Shown here piece by piece: positions 12,812 through 25,235 of a stretch of 64,000 bases of DNA. The notes under the pieces are model-generated. The model was not told the DNA's origin. It worked only from the letters and a program-made list of their open reading frames with translations, and did no database searches. Made by a program: the position numbers and the translations under genes. Numbering within the stretch: the first letter of the stretch is position 1; each line of letters begins with the position of its first letter. The stretch comes from Camelus dromedarius (lineage: Eukaryota): the NCBI RefSeq assembly GCF_036321535.1, contig NC_087437.1, forward strand, positions 15,688,001-15,752,000, in the 5' to 3' direction.

Positions 12812-14120
12812 ATTATTTTTATTTACTTATTTTTAATTGAAGTATAGTCAGTTACAATGCATCATCCATTTCAGCTGTATAGCACAATGTTTCAGTCATA
12901 CACATACATATATATATTTGTTTCTCATTTTCTTTTTCGTTATAAGTTACTACAGGATATTGAATAGAGTTCCCTGTGCTGTACAGCATGAACTTGTTGT
13001 TTATCTATTTTATATATAGTAGTTGATATCTGCAAATCTCAAACTCCCAGTTTATCCCTTCCCGCCCCCTTTCCACACTGATAACCGTACGTTTCTTTTC
13101 TATGTCTATGAGTCTATTTCTGTTTTGTAAATAAATTCATTTGTGTCTTCTTTTTTAGATTCCACATATGAGTGATATCATATGATATTTTTCTTTCTCT
13201 TTCTGGCTTACTTCACTTAGAATGACAATCTCCAGGTCCATCCATGTTGCTGCAAATGGCATTATTTTATTATTTTTAGGGCTGAGTAGTATTCCATTGT
13301 CCAAATATAGCTTCTTTATCCAGCCATCTGTTGATGGACATTTAGGTTGCTTCCTTGTCTTGGCTATTGTAAATAGTGCTGCTATGAACACCAGGGTGCA
13401 TGTGTCTTTTCGAATTAAGAGTTCTCTCTGGATATATGCCCAGGAGTGGAACTGCTGGATCATAGGGTAAGATTATTTTTAATCTTTTGATGAATCTTCA
13501 TATTGTTTTCCACAATGGCTGCACCAAACTACATTCCCACCAGCAGTGTAGTAGGGTTCCCTTTTCTCCACACCCTCTTCAGCATTTATTGCTTTTGAAT
13601 GATGGCCACTCTGACTGGTGTGAGGTGATACCTCATTGTAGCTTGATTTGCATTTCTCTGATAATTAGTGATATTGAGATTTTTTTTCATGTGCCTATTG
13701 GCCACTTGTATGTTTTCAATGGAGAACTGCTTATTTAGGTCTTTTGCTCTTTTTTGTATTGGGTTGTTTGTTTTTTGTTATAAAGTTGTATGAGCTGTTT
13801 ATATATTCTGGAAATTAAGTCTTTGTCAGTCGCATCATTTGCAAATATTTTCTCCCATTCTGTAGGTTGTTGTTTTGCTTTGCTTATGGTTTCGTTTGCT
13901 GTGCAAAATCTTATAAGTTTAATTAGTCCCATTTGGTTATTTTTGTTTTTATTTCTATTGCCTGGGTAGACTGCTTCAGGAGAACATTGCTAAGACTTAT
14001 GTCAGACAATGGTTTGCATCTGTTTTTTTCTAGGAGGTTTATAGTGCCTTGTCTTATGTTTAAGTCTTTAAGCCATCTTGAGTTTACTTTTGTGTATGGT
14101 CTAACTTCATTGATTTACAT
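12812..14120 (-). mobile_element. 5'-truncated L1 (ORF2 C-terminus plus 3'UTR), older subfamily than the full-length copy
   Basis: Minus-strand translations [22 protein letters not shown] and DTCTLVFIAALFTIAK...EKEKYHMISLICGI. T-rich tail on the left. Confidence 0.93.
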
Positions 14121-14264
14121 CCAAAACTAACCTTTATTTAAAGATATTATAGCTTGTCTTTACTTCTGGAGTATAGACTTGATCAATCATTTTATCTCTT
14201 CTCCCTATGACAAGATTTCTAATCCCCTCAGTATGCAGGTTACTTTGTAGACAAACTATGGCTT

Positions 14265-14400
14265 TCCAACATTCCTCTTAAATGTGGCTCTTACGTTGGA
14301 GCCTGGGATTCCAGATGTGGTCTGATCAGATCAGAGTACACAAGGCTACCCTTTCCTTGTTGGAATGTACCCTCTACTTTAATTAATTCAGTTTAAGACT
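14265..14400 (-). mobile_element. CR1/L3 LINE fragment (part 1)
   Basis: TCCAGATGTGGTCTGATCAGATCAGAGTA resembles the L3 RT region in antisense. Confidence 0.6.
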
Positions 14401-16600
14401 CCAATCTGCATTCCCATCCTACTCCCAAGCCCTAGACCAGAGCAACTACTAACCTCCTTTTTATGTATTTCTTATTCTGGACATTTCCTATAAATGGAAT
14501 CATACACTATGTAAGCCTTTGTGTCTGCCTTCTTTCACTTAGCATAACGCTTTCAGAGTTCATCATGTTTTAGCGTGTATCAGTACGTCCTTCCTTTTCA
14601 CTGCTGAATAATATTTCATTTTATGGCTATATCATATTTGTGTATCTTTTCATCAGTTGATAAACATTTGGGTTCTGCTCACTTTTTAGCTATTATGAAC
14701 AATGCTGCCATGAACATTTGTGTTTAAGTCTTTGTGTAGATGTGCATTTTCATTTCACTTGGGTTCGTGCCTCAGAGTGGAATTGCTGGGTTATATGGAG
14801 ACTCTACATTTACCTGATGAAAAACTGCCAAACTGTTTTCCAAAATGGCTGCACCACTTCACATTCTGACCAGCAATGTATGAGAGCTCCACTTTCTTCA
14901 ATTCCTCACAAACACAAATTGTCTGTCATTTTTTATTATAGTCTTAGTGAGTGTGAAGTAGTATCTCATTATAGTTTTGATTGGCATTTTCCTAATGACT
15001 AATGATTTTAGCATCTTTTCATGTACCTATTGGTCAAGTATCTTCTGTGGAAAAATGTCCATTTCATATCCTTGCCCATGTTTAAATTGGGGTCTTTCTT
15101 TCTTTCTTTCTTTTACTATTGAGCTCTCAGAATTCTTTATTTAATATAGATATGAGTCTCACATCAGACATATGATTTGAAAATATTTTGTCCCATTCTG
15201 TGCATTGTCTTTTTACTTTCTTAAAAAGTCAAATCTTGTATTTCTTTTGTTAAATGTATACTTAAGTATTTATTCTTTTTGATACTATTGTAAACGGAAT
15301 TGTTTTCTTAATTCTGATTTTAAACTGTTCAATTTTGAATTGCTAGTGCATAAAAACATAGTTGATTTTTGTATATTGTTATTATTTCCTGCCACATTGC
15401 TGAACTCATTTATTAGTTCTTAATGTTTTAGTAGATACATTAGCATTTCTGTATACAAGACCATGCCATCTGAAAATAGAATTTTACTTCTTCCTTTCCC
15501 ATCTTGATATGTTTTATTTATTTCTCTGACCTACTTGTCCTGACTAGAACTGCCAGTACAGGTTAAAAAAAAAAAGTAGTGAGAATGGATATCCTCATCT
15601 TGCTCCTAATCTTAGGAAAAAAATTTAGTCTTTCACCAGTTAGTATGATGCTAGTTGTAGGTTTTTTATAGATGCCCTTTAGCAGATAGAGGAAGTTCCC
15701 TTCTGTCCCTAGTTTGTTGAGTGTTTTTATCATAAAAAGGTATTAATTTTTATCAAATATTTTTCTGCATTTATTGAAATGATCTTATGGTTTCTAACTT
15801 TTATTCCATAAATATGGTGTATTACATTAATTGATTTTTGAAGGTTAAACAACTTGCATTCTCGGGACATCTCATTTTTTCATGGCATAGAATTCTTTTT
15901 ATATGTTGCTAGTTTGGGTTTGCTAGTATTTTGTTGAGGATTTTTGTATCCATAGACATGAAATTCTGCAGGGTTTTGTTTGTTTGTTTGTTTGTTTTAA
16001 CTATGTGATGTGTTTGTCTGATTTTGACATCAGGGTAATACTGGCTTCATAGAATGGGTTGAAAAGTGTTTCCTCCTCTTCTAACTTTCCCAAGAATTTG
16101 TGAAGAATTGGTATTAATTCTTCTTTAATGTTTGGTAGAATTCACCAGTGAATCCTTCTGGGCCAAGGCTACTTATCTTTATGGGAAACTTTAAAATGAT
16201 AAATTTGATCTCTTTACTTGCTGTAGGCCTATTCAGATCTTCTCTTTCTTTTTGAGTCAGTCTCAGTAATTTATGTCTTTCTAGTAATTTGTCCATTTTA
16301 CTGAAGTTATCTAATCTGTTGATGTAAAGTTGTTGATAGTATCCCCTTATACTTCTATTTATTTCTGTAAGGTCAGTAGTAATGTCTTCTCATTCCTGAT
16401 CTGAGTTTTCTGCCTTTTTTCCTTGATCAGCCTTGCTAAAAGTTTGTCAAATTTGCTGATCTTTTTAAAGAATCAACTTTGGTTTTGTTGATTTTCTGTA
16501 TTGTTTTTGTATTCTCTGTTTTATTAATTTCCACACTACTTTTTATTTTATTTCCTTCTGCTTCATTTGGATGTAGTTTGTTCTTCTTTTTCTAGGATAT
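14400..16600 (-). mobile_element. Old L1MB-type element (3'UTR plus ORF2, internal deletion near 15225)
   Basis: TTCTGGACATTTCCTATAAATGGAATCATAC. Minus-strand translation MDKLLERHKLLRLTQKE...[12 protein letters not shown]. Confidence 0.9.
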
Positions 16601-16769
16601 ACTGTTTTAATCTGAAAAAAAGGCATAAAATTTGCTTCAAAGTGTTATTGCAAGGAATAAATGAAATATGTGTCTGGCATATAGTAGGTTCTTATTTATT
16701 CATCTTTGTTGTCTCAGATCTATAAATCTAGGTTGATAATATCAACTTGAACTTAGAAATTTCCATCAA

Positions 16770-17040
16770 AGCATATTAGTCATGCTACTTAGCCGTGTAT
16801 CACCTGCACATGTGATAAAACATGATTCCAATACCTGCATCCAAGATGTCGATGAAAACATTGGAGCAGGGCAGAAGCTAATGGTATGCCACTGCAAACC
16901 TCTTCCAGATGGACATCAATCCGTTAGTCAATGCTCTTTGGGCACGGTGGTTTAGCAATAAATCTACCCAGCTGTCCACATTTGCCCCTGCCAAATGCCC
17001 TGCTAAAGCTGTGCTGTCTGTGGCACTCCCCAAATCTCTC
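16770..17040 (-). mobile_element. CR1/L3 LINE fragment (part 2)
   Basis: CATCCAAGATGTCGATGAAAACATTGGAGCAGG...TCCAGATGGACATCAATCCGTTAGTCAATGCTCTTTGGG resembles the L3 RT region in antisense. Confidence 0.65.
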
Positions 17041-17095
17041 ATGTCTGCAGTGGGTTGCCGGCCTTGCCCATCTGTCATCTGTGCTCCTTCTTAGG

Positions 17096-17526
17096 TGTGA
17101 TGGATTTAACTATTGGCCCCAGTTTTCAACCTCCCTGCATTCACACTCTTGCCATAGCCTTAGGAGTAGAGTACCCCCTTTATATCCTGTGCTCTGATTT
17201 GGGCCATATGGTTTGCTTTGGCCATTTGCATGTGGATGAAAGCCATAATGTGTCAGTTCCAAGCCTAAGTCTTAAGAATCCTCATATATTTCTACCCATC
17301 ACCTTGTACCTCTGCCATCACCTTGAGCAGAGTGTGCCTAGACTAGTCCTCTGTTCCAAGGAGTTTGAGAAATGTATGGAACAAACCTAGACTGGCAATC
17401 CTATGGCATGAAGCAGAGCCTCTCCAGCCAACCCACAGATCCCTGAGAATAAATGATGGTTGTTTCAAGCCATCAGGTTTTACAGCACATGGTTACACAA
17501 CATCGGTACAATACTTGACTGATGCA
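17096..17526 (+). mobile_element. MaLR MLT1H/I-like solo LTR
   Basis: Termini TGTGATGG ... GACTGATGCA, with internal AATAAATGATGGTTGTTTCAAGCCA. Confidence 0.75.
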
Positions 17527-18129
17527 CAAAAAAAAGACCCATTGGAAAGTTGCACGCGTGGTGTTTCACCAGATGTGAGAAGCAATGGTAGAGCCACCGT
17601 TAAGTCCAGACTCTGCTCTGAGTCTCAGTGCAAAGAGCTTTGGGCTAAGGATGGTTCAGGAGGAGTCTAATCTTGGCCCCAACACCCTTGGGCAGTTCTC
17701 ATGTCTCTCTACCTGCAACACAAAGGCTTCCCACCAGCACAGCAGTCCTCTGCCATTTTTCTCTGGTGGGTCAGATCTCTTGGGCAATGGCCATCTGTAA
17801 GGTGTATTTCCTCCACAATAACCAGATTCTGACAAAACTCTGAAAGATAGTTTTGGAGAAGTAAGTCACTTCAGTAATTGACGAACACCACCACACCTAG
17901 TGGTGAGGCAGTAAAGGGAGTGAATACAAGGTCCTGGCTCAGAACCTGGGGTCTGTGAGTGATGTGAAAGTCCAGCATCTCCACAGATTACTTAACCTCT
18001 CTCTTTTCCATTCAAGAAAGTGGGTGAGGGGTTAGATTGTTATTATTCACCAGAGGCCAGTTCACCTGCGAGTGAGTGAAACTTCAACTTCAGCCCCCCA
18101 CTTCCCAGGTTTCTTTCAAGAATCCTGGG

Positions 18130-19298
18130 AGGGACCTTCACAATGTGTGTCATACACATTCTATGTTTTTGTAAAATTTGCAAAGCCGAGGGGTTTGAAC
18201 TGCACTAGTGAAACCACTGTCACCTCCCTTCTGTCTTCTGCTCTGTCAAGCTTCTTTTTGTGTTGGGTGACATTGGAGTGGCCAAGGGCTTTCCTGATAT
18301 CTGTTATGGGGGCTTGAGCTGGGATGTATTTAGTTTGTGTTTAGTGGGATATATTTCTGTGGTTTGCCATCTCTCTCAAGGATAAGTCATTGCTGGCCAT
18401 GCTGCTATAGGAATGGCTTCCAATAATGTGCCTACTGTCCATTCTGCAGACTCTCTCAGCATCATGACATGAATGCACCTGGGGCAGCTGCTGAAATAGG
18501 TGCGTAATGCAGGCAACTCAAGCCTTGAAATGTACAAAGATGACGGTAGGATAATCTTCTGATTATCAGGCATATAAAATTGTAAACAACGGATTTAATT
18601 CTCATCAATGCCTCGTCAAAACAGGAGCTCACTTATACAAGTATATCCTCAGAAAGCAGAAGAGACAATTATACTTGACTATATATATCCTTTTTCCCCT
18701 TTTTCAATGGGAATCATGTAAAGTAGAGCTGATTAGAATTCTCTTGTTACAGGCAAACCTCAAATACAACTGTAGCTGCTCATATGTGAAAGAAACTTGA
18801 TAAAAGTTTTCTTAAATTTGTCAACAATCCTAAAAACTCATGGGACATTACCAATAAGGAGAGGTGAAGCTAGAAAAAAACTTTTCTCAACTATCAATAG
18901 CTTAAACCAAATTTTAACCGGCTGACCTAGGGGAAAGAGTGAATGTCTATCAATTCTTTCTAGAGAAAATATTACACAATCATTTTCATATGGAGGCTTA
19001 ATCAAAGAATGTGCAGCCAAAGACTATATTGCAAAGCATTATTGAGGCATGTCACGCAATGAATTATTCTTTTTAATATATTAATATTAAAATATATTTT
19101 CTGGATTTTGTCTCACATGTGTATTATCATCACTTGGTTGTGTTTGCCCTCAAATTTGTAATTTGCTATCATTTCCTCTCTCATTCTAAAAAAATATTTG
19201 TTTTGTATTTAACTTTGTAATGTTGATTTTTTTTTTCTTAAAATATACTGCCCAGATTGTATAGGTTTTGGCCCTCAGGAAACCATTTTCCACCCCTG
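18130..19298 (+). mobile_element. hAT-Tip100 (Zaphod-like) DNA transposon remnant
   Basis: Degenerate hAT dimerisation-domain sequence at ~18860-19030. The terminus CCCAGATTGTATAGG...CCACCCCTG resembles the Zaphod end. Confidence 0.65.
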
Positions 19299-19302
19299 CC
19301 TG

Positions 19303-19520
19303 CCAGAGGTCACACCCCAAATGCCTGCGAGGGGCCACCAGTACCTTCACTGGAGAGGTGGTGAGCCCACTCAGGGACCCACGATGTCACTGGGAGAGTC
19401 CCACTTCCAGCTGCAGGAGCAGGGACACTTAGCTCCCATCGAGGGCTGACACCAGTCCTGGGCTTTCCAAGAGAAGCTGATAATATGATTTTTATGTGAC
19501 TTCTTTAAAGTTAGCACATA
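19303..19520 (+). mobile_element. MER102-like hAT element
   Basis: CAGAGGTCACACCCCAAATGCCTGCGAGGGGCCA...CAAGAGAAGCTG...GATTTTTATGTGA. Confidence 0.6.
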
Positions 19521-19949
19521 CATACTATGTGAGCTGCTATTTTTTACCCTTTCTTATGGTAACTTTACTACTCTCTCTAATTTGTCTTTTAAAAAGTAAA
19601 CAATTTGTAGGTGCCAGCGCTTTACTGTGGACAACAATGACTCGCCATGGGCCTCCCGGTGACACCGATAGGTCAGGACACTGCAGCCAGGATGGGACCT
19701 AGGGACTCTCTAGGGTCCTGCCGGCTCTGATGCCCCGACGTCTCCCTCCAGTGGGCTCCCTGCCATCTGGCATCAGTGCAGACGAGGAAAAACCATGAAC
19801 CATAGTGACCAGGACGCCTTCCCTGGCCAGGGGCCGCCAGGGAGCCCAGAGGAGCCAGGGCAGCAGAAGCCACATCCACAGAGCCGGGGCTGTGTCCTCT
19901 GTGGCCCTGAAGGACAGGAGTGTGTGGAAGGGCAGGGGGGATTGCAAGA

Positions 19950-21450
19950 GTTAATGTGATAATGTCCGTTGATTATTTTAAGCCACATGGAGGAAAAATA
20001 AATTATAAATAGCAAGGGCTATAACAGATTCAAAGGGTAAGTGTATTGCTAGCCTTTTCCTCTTCCTAAGATTTCCGATGTTTCAAAACAAGATTATTTC
20101 GGGAGCGCATCTATTTTAATGCAAAAGATTCTCCTTGAAACACGTTTCAGGGTGAGAGAGCCCATCTCCTTCTGTTCTCCTCTCGCTTTTTCCACGGAAA
20201 GGCAAAGCTCTGATTTCACACACCTCGTGCCGCCTCCAGCCTTTAAAAACCTTTCCGGGCACCACTCGGCCACCATGCATATTAGCAAAGAGCTGGCTTT
20301 GGGTTGGGCTTGACGTTCTAATCCCCAGAATCCGCCTTGTTTACCACTTGACAGCAGGCTTCATTTGGAAGGAGGTGCTTTGTAACTCCCAGCGAGTGCA
20401 ACGTACACTGACATGCACATGCACACATATAGACACGCGCGTGCATACATACGCACGCACACTCACGCACACACAGCAAGAATGTTCCCTGATCTCCGCG
20501 GCAGGCTGAGCTGTCACTCGCTCCCTCTACCAGCAGTAAACCAGGCTAGGGCTGGCAGGGAGCGAAAGTTTGACCCGCATGCAAGGGCTGGTTCATAAAG
20601 GGCATTTCGACTTTTCTGGAGCAGCCTCTGGATCCCGGCCACGGATGGTCCGAGCCTTGACAAGCTGGTATTTCTTCATTCGCACAACATAACTTCCCCA
20701 GATCCACAGCCCCCGCCTCCAGCGCCAGCTGCTGAAGTCAGGCAGGCAGCTCAGATTCCGGCGGCTCCTGTTGCTCTCACCGGGATTAGCACAGGGAACG
20801 GCAGGCCGGACCGCGGGGGGTGGCGTGGCCTTCTCCTCTTCCAGCCTGGCTGCAGTTATGTCTTTGCAAGCACTTATTTTTTTAAAAAAGACTTTTGCTG
20901 TCTTGCAGGCATGTCTTAACCATGATCTCTCTTTCTCTCTCCTTGTCCACCGTGCACACCTATCGTCCTCCCGTTTGAAGCTGCTTCCTCCGCTCTGATG
21001 TTTATGGAGATTTGAAATTGGAAAAGTTGGTTCCAACAGAGGGAATAAAGACACTGCCACCATCTCGAACTCCACTTAAAACACGAAGCGCAGTCTGCAG
21101 AGGGGAGGGCAGCGGGATTCGTTGCATCCGACCTGGCAAAAAGAGATGCCGTTTAACAGGGAGGGGAGAGGAAGAAACCCATTTTCCCCTCTCAACATGC
21201 GCTTCTATTGAATAAAGATGAACTCAGATTCAACAGTGTTAAGACTGTTGAAATCATGAGTTTGATTAAGGTGGGCGATCAGTTAGCAAACACTGAAGAT
21301 GAGTTGTTTATAAGCTCAGCAAATGCAAATTGGTGATTCGCCTCTCCCGCTGATCCGTGTGACTTTGGCAAGGCCTTGGCCTTACATCTGGCCTAAGTGT
21401 GGGGCTGCAATGGTTCACTGATCTCCCATGGGGTCCACGCAGTTAGGCTG
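19950..21450. promoter_or_regulatory. Repeat-free, CpG-retaining, motif-dense block (candidate enhancer or promoter)
   Basis: No repeat is recognised over ~1.5 kb and many CpGs are retained. TGACGT, TAATCC, TGTTTAC and CCACTTGA/TGACAG cluster at 20311-20354; octamer ATGCAAAT at 21323-21330. Confidence 0.5.
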
Positions 21451-21559
21451 AAGAAGGACAAAGGCCACATTTTATGCAAAGAGTCAACCAAATGTGGAGA
21501 AATGATAGAGGATTCTGAACTGTTATAAATAAATTCCTTATTGTGGAATCAATCCGTGT

Positions 21560-21830
21560 GCTTCTTAAATAGAAATACTCATATGGCAGCTTAAAAATTC
21601 CTTGGCTATTTATGGATAAAATGCTATGATGTCTAGGATTTGCCTAAAATACTCAAGGAAAAAATGTTTTTAAAATGTCTGTACGTGTGTGTTGGGGAAG
21701 AAACATATATACAGATGAATTATCAAAGTGTTCAGAATTGTCAAAGTTGGGTGATGGGGACATGGGGGTTTGTTGTATTAGTCTCTCTACTTTTGTGTCT
21801 GTTGGAAATTTCCCAAAACGTACATCTCCC
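21560..21830 (+). mobile_element. L1MC-like 3'UTR fragment
   Basis: ATGATGTCTAGGATTTGC...GGGTGATGGGGACATGGGGGTT...TCTCTCTACTTTTGTGT. Confidence 0.7.
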
Positions 21831-21919
21831 CTAAACCTCTACAAAAATTCCCTGGAGAGGCAGGTAAACTCTGAAGCAGGAGTCAAGCAGAGAGATTCAC
21901 AACATAAAAAGAGAAGATG

Positions 21920-22020
21920 TGGAAGAAAAACATGTGTACACATGACTGCGACAATGTGCTGCACACCAGAAATTGACACATTGTAACTGACTATACTTCA
22001 ATTAAAAAAAAAAAAAAAGA
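21920..22020 (+). mobile_element. Very short L1 3' end with poly(A)
   Basis: CACCAGAAATTGACACATTGTAACTGACTATACTTCAATT followed by an A-run. Confidence 0.85.
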
Positions 22021-22029
22021 AGAAGAAAA

Positions 22030-22935
22030 TGAAGGGCCAAGCAGATAAGAGGGACAATGTATATGAGCAGACACCTGCTTAAAAAGAATTCACGGCTAAT
22101 AAAATCTGAAAACCTGTTCTAACTCACTAAAACAATGAAAGACATTTAAATGCAAGTACTAGGTTGCCTTTTTTCTTCCCCGTGCATTGAGCAGAAGTTT
22201 AAGGTGTGGGAGCTCCTAACTTCAGGGAGCGTCAGTACCAGGCCTCCCGTAGCAGCTGCTGAGTGCATCCTGGGACAACTTTTTGGAAGGCAAATTAGCA
22301 GTGTGATTTCAACAACCTTAAATTTTTTCCTATCCATTGAGCCAGTAATTCCACTTCTAGGAATTTTGCCTAAGGAAACAAGTAAAGATGTGCACGGTGA
22401 TTTGTGATTTGTGTAGACGAATGATTGTGCTAGTGTTATTTGGAGGAATAAAAACAACTAGAAATGACCCAAACACTCAACAATAAGGGACCCCTTAGAT
22501 AATTTTGAATAATTAATTTGCGTATTTATTCAACTGACATTTATCAAGAGCCCTTACAAGTCACACACAGGGGACACAAAGATGAGTAAGACATAGCCCC
22601 TGTCCCCAGGGAGATGGCAGGGCCATGGGAACGTGGACAAGTAAACAGGTGACAAAGACCATTTATATAACGGAGTATCCTGCAGATAAAAACAGAAGTT
22701 GCAAAGGATGATTTTGCTTTAAGGTAAATGCAGGATAAAAAATTATATATACAGCCCTATGTAAAAATATTTAAATAAAAATATAAAGATTGAAAAGCAA
22801 TAGGCAAAATGTTAACAGATTTACCTTTAGCATGGGGATAATGGCGAATTATTTTTTCCTTAGACTTTTCTCTAACTTGCAAAACTTTCTCTATCAAAAT
22901 ATATAATCTCATAATTAGAAAAAATAACCGTAAAA
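22030..22935 (+). mobile_element. Ancient L1ME 3' region with a nested minus-strand L2 piece (~22520-22660)
   Basis: TTTGGAAGGCAAATTAGCAGT...GAGCCAGTAATTCCACTTCTAGGAATTT, translating EPVIPLLGILPKE. Confidence 0.65.
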
Positions 22936-22991
22936 GAGGGAAGCATGCTACATTTAATGAATGCCTATCACATGCCATAGATTTCTGGGCA

Positions 22992-22993
<2 letters not shown>

Positions 22994-23037
<44 letters not shown>

Positions 23038-23047
23038 CACACACACA
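22994..23047. repeat. (CA)n microsatellite, ~21 perfect units plus an interrupted tail
   Basis: Read directly from the sequence. Confidence 0.97.
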
Positions 23048-23975
23048 TATAGCACATACATAGTTTCATTTAACTGGCAAGTTTTACAGGTAGACTTTAT
23101 TTTTAATTTTTTTAAATATCCAGCTTCCTATTTTTATTATTGAATAAGTTATATATTCACATGGTTCCAAAATCAAAACAATATAAAATGACATGTAGTG
23201 AAAAATCTCACCCTTGCCTTGAAGCACTGTGCTCTGCACCACTGTCCCCATCTTCACACCAGATTTTACCACTTTTATGAAGTTCTGTGTATTACTTATA
23301 TAAATATAAGCAAATAAAGTACATTTTTATATTCCTCCTTTCTTATGCAAAACACAGCATGTTATACATACTACTTCCCATCTTGCTTTCTCACTAAAAA
23401 GTCCACCTCTTATAGTTGTGAGGAATGAAAGCACTTTCTCATTTTTAATGCCTGCATAGTATTTCAGTGTGGATATGTTGAAATCCGACTAATTAGTCCC
23501 TAGTTCTGCTGCAGATGAAATTTGCATTTTTCCCTGTTAATCTGTATGCTTCTCAAAGGATAAGACCTAGTTTGAATGTGGAGTTTGCAAATTTTTTCCC
23601 CTATGAGGCCAATGGTTTCTAATAGTGTAAGATTCGGCTCAAAGTCACTTGTCGCAGTTCCGTTTTATAGAAGAGGGGTAGAAGCCTCAGGGAGGCTCAG
23701 TGAATTGGCCAAAGTCACATGCTAGACTGTGACTGACCGAGGCTCTGTCAGGGTCAGAGCTCATGGTTTTTCAGTCAGAGCTGGACTGAGAACTAATCAT
23801 TACAGACATAGGAAAAGAATATACAGGAAACTTAGAGTTTTGTATAAAGGTTAATTATTAGCTTCTTATAAGTATTTAGGCATAGAAGAGGAAACAATGG
23901 AGACTTCTGTATAACTGTGAGCAGGAAAACTCATAGATAAGGATGGGGAGTGGGTGACCAAAAGATCTAGGAGGA

Positions 23976-24089
23976 TGGAGGGTATATCTCAGTGGTAGAC
24001 TGTGTGCTTAGCATGCACAAGGTCCTGGATTCAATCCCCAGTACCTCCATTAAAAATAAATAGAAACTTTCTTTCCAAAATAAATTTTT
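23976..24089 (+). mobile_element. tRNA-Ala-derived SINE (vic-1-like)
   Basis: GGAGGGTATATCTCAGTGGTAGACTGTGTGCTTAGCATGCACAAGGTCCTGGATTCAATCCCCAGTACCTCCA plus an A-rich tail. TSD AAAAGATCTAGGAGGA (23960-23975) / AAAAAATCTAGGAGGA (24090-24105). Confidence 0.92.
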
Positions 24090-24749
24090 AAAAAATCTAG
24101 GAGGACTTTGCAGTGAGTTTGAGATACCCATGTCCATTGGAATTAAGAAATGTGTTGTTTTTGAGCGAGAGAAGTCCTGCATGGGCAATTGGTTAACACT
24201 CTTTTCTTGAGCTCGAGGTGGAGGCAGTGCCCGGCCATGATCCTTCAGTGTGGGGTTTCGGCAGAGGGTCTGGGTGTGTATATGTGTATGTGGTGGGGCA
24301 GGTGTTGGAGCTGTTGGCAAGGGGCCAGGTGGGAGTTCTAACAGGCTGAAAACCAAAAGCAACAGTGTCCTCATTCCCTAGGTTAAATACAGGGGGCCCT
24401 GAGAATGTGCTGGCAAATAAGAGACCATGAGACTGAGTGTCCAAACAGAGAGCAGACATTTCCAGCTTTTCTCAGCTCTGTTCAGCAGAGACAGGTCAGG
24501 GGTTTACAAGGTAGAGCCATCTTTCTTCCCTCTGCTCTCCAGTGTAGGGTTAGGTTAGGGTAGGGTTGCCAGATAAAATACAGGACATTTCATTATAGCT
24601 GAAATCATCCCTGTTCCACAACTTAAAGTCACTAGGAGACAGAGACCACCACAAACTGTCAACTAACTGTAAGCTGAGAAATAGACACCATGTTCCAACA
24701 GAGCTTCTGCAGGCAGGAGAGCAGAGGAGGAGCGGCTTAGGAGAACCTG

Positions 24750-25118
24750 TGAAAAGGGAAATAAGGAAAAGAGGGCACAGACAGAACCATACAGAAAAAG
24801 AAACGGCAACAATAAGTATCAAAACACTGAATGCGGGTGTGGGACATGGCAGTTCACAGCATCAGCTGAAGGGAAAATGGCTTAGGAGTGAACAGGACTG
24901 GAACTGACTGCGACATAGCTTCTGCGAGATAATCTAGTAAGTAGAGATCAGTTACGTCCTTGTAGACTGGCAGTGAAGGAAAGTTGTAAGGAAGGGAGGA
25001 AATATACCGATCCTGCAGAAATGAAGAAGGAACAAAACAAATATTTAAAAGTGAATTCAAGAAAACTTTCCAGAAGTGAGAGAAAATTAAATAATCATAT
25101 TAAAATGGCCCGTCATCT
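24750..25118 (+). mobile_element. HAL1/L1ME ORF1-like fragment
   Basis: CAAATATTTAAAAG...CAAGAAAACTTTCCAGAAG encodes a QENFPE motif in A-rich sequence. Confidence 0.5.
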
Positions 25119-25235
25119 TGTCAAAAACTGAAGAGTCTTATATTTTATCCTACGTGTAAGATAATCAGTTAGCCTGTGGCCACAGCTTCATGGTTGCCCG
25201 TAGAAAACGTGAGAGTCCTAGGTCAGAGAATAAAA
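25119..25235 (-). mobile_element. ERVL LTR end fragment (MER74-like)
   Basis: TGTCAAAAACTGAAGAGTCTTATATTTTATCCTAC...GTTAGCCTG...GGTCAGAGA resembles the antisense 3' end of an old ERVL LTR. Confidence 0.45.

Noticed and set aside
20593..21075. 160-aa minus-strand ORF in the candidate regulatory island
   Set aside because: It has no recognisable homology and runs through homopolymer and low-complexity tracts.
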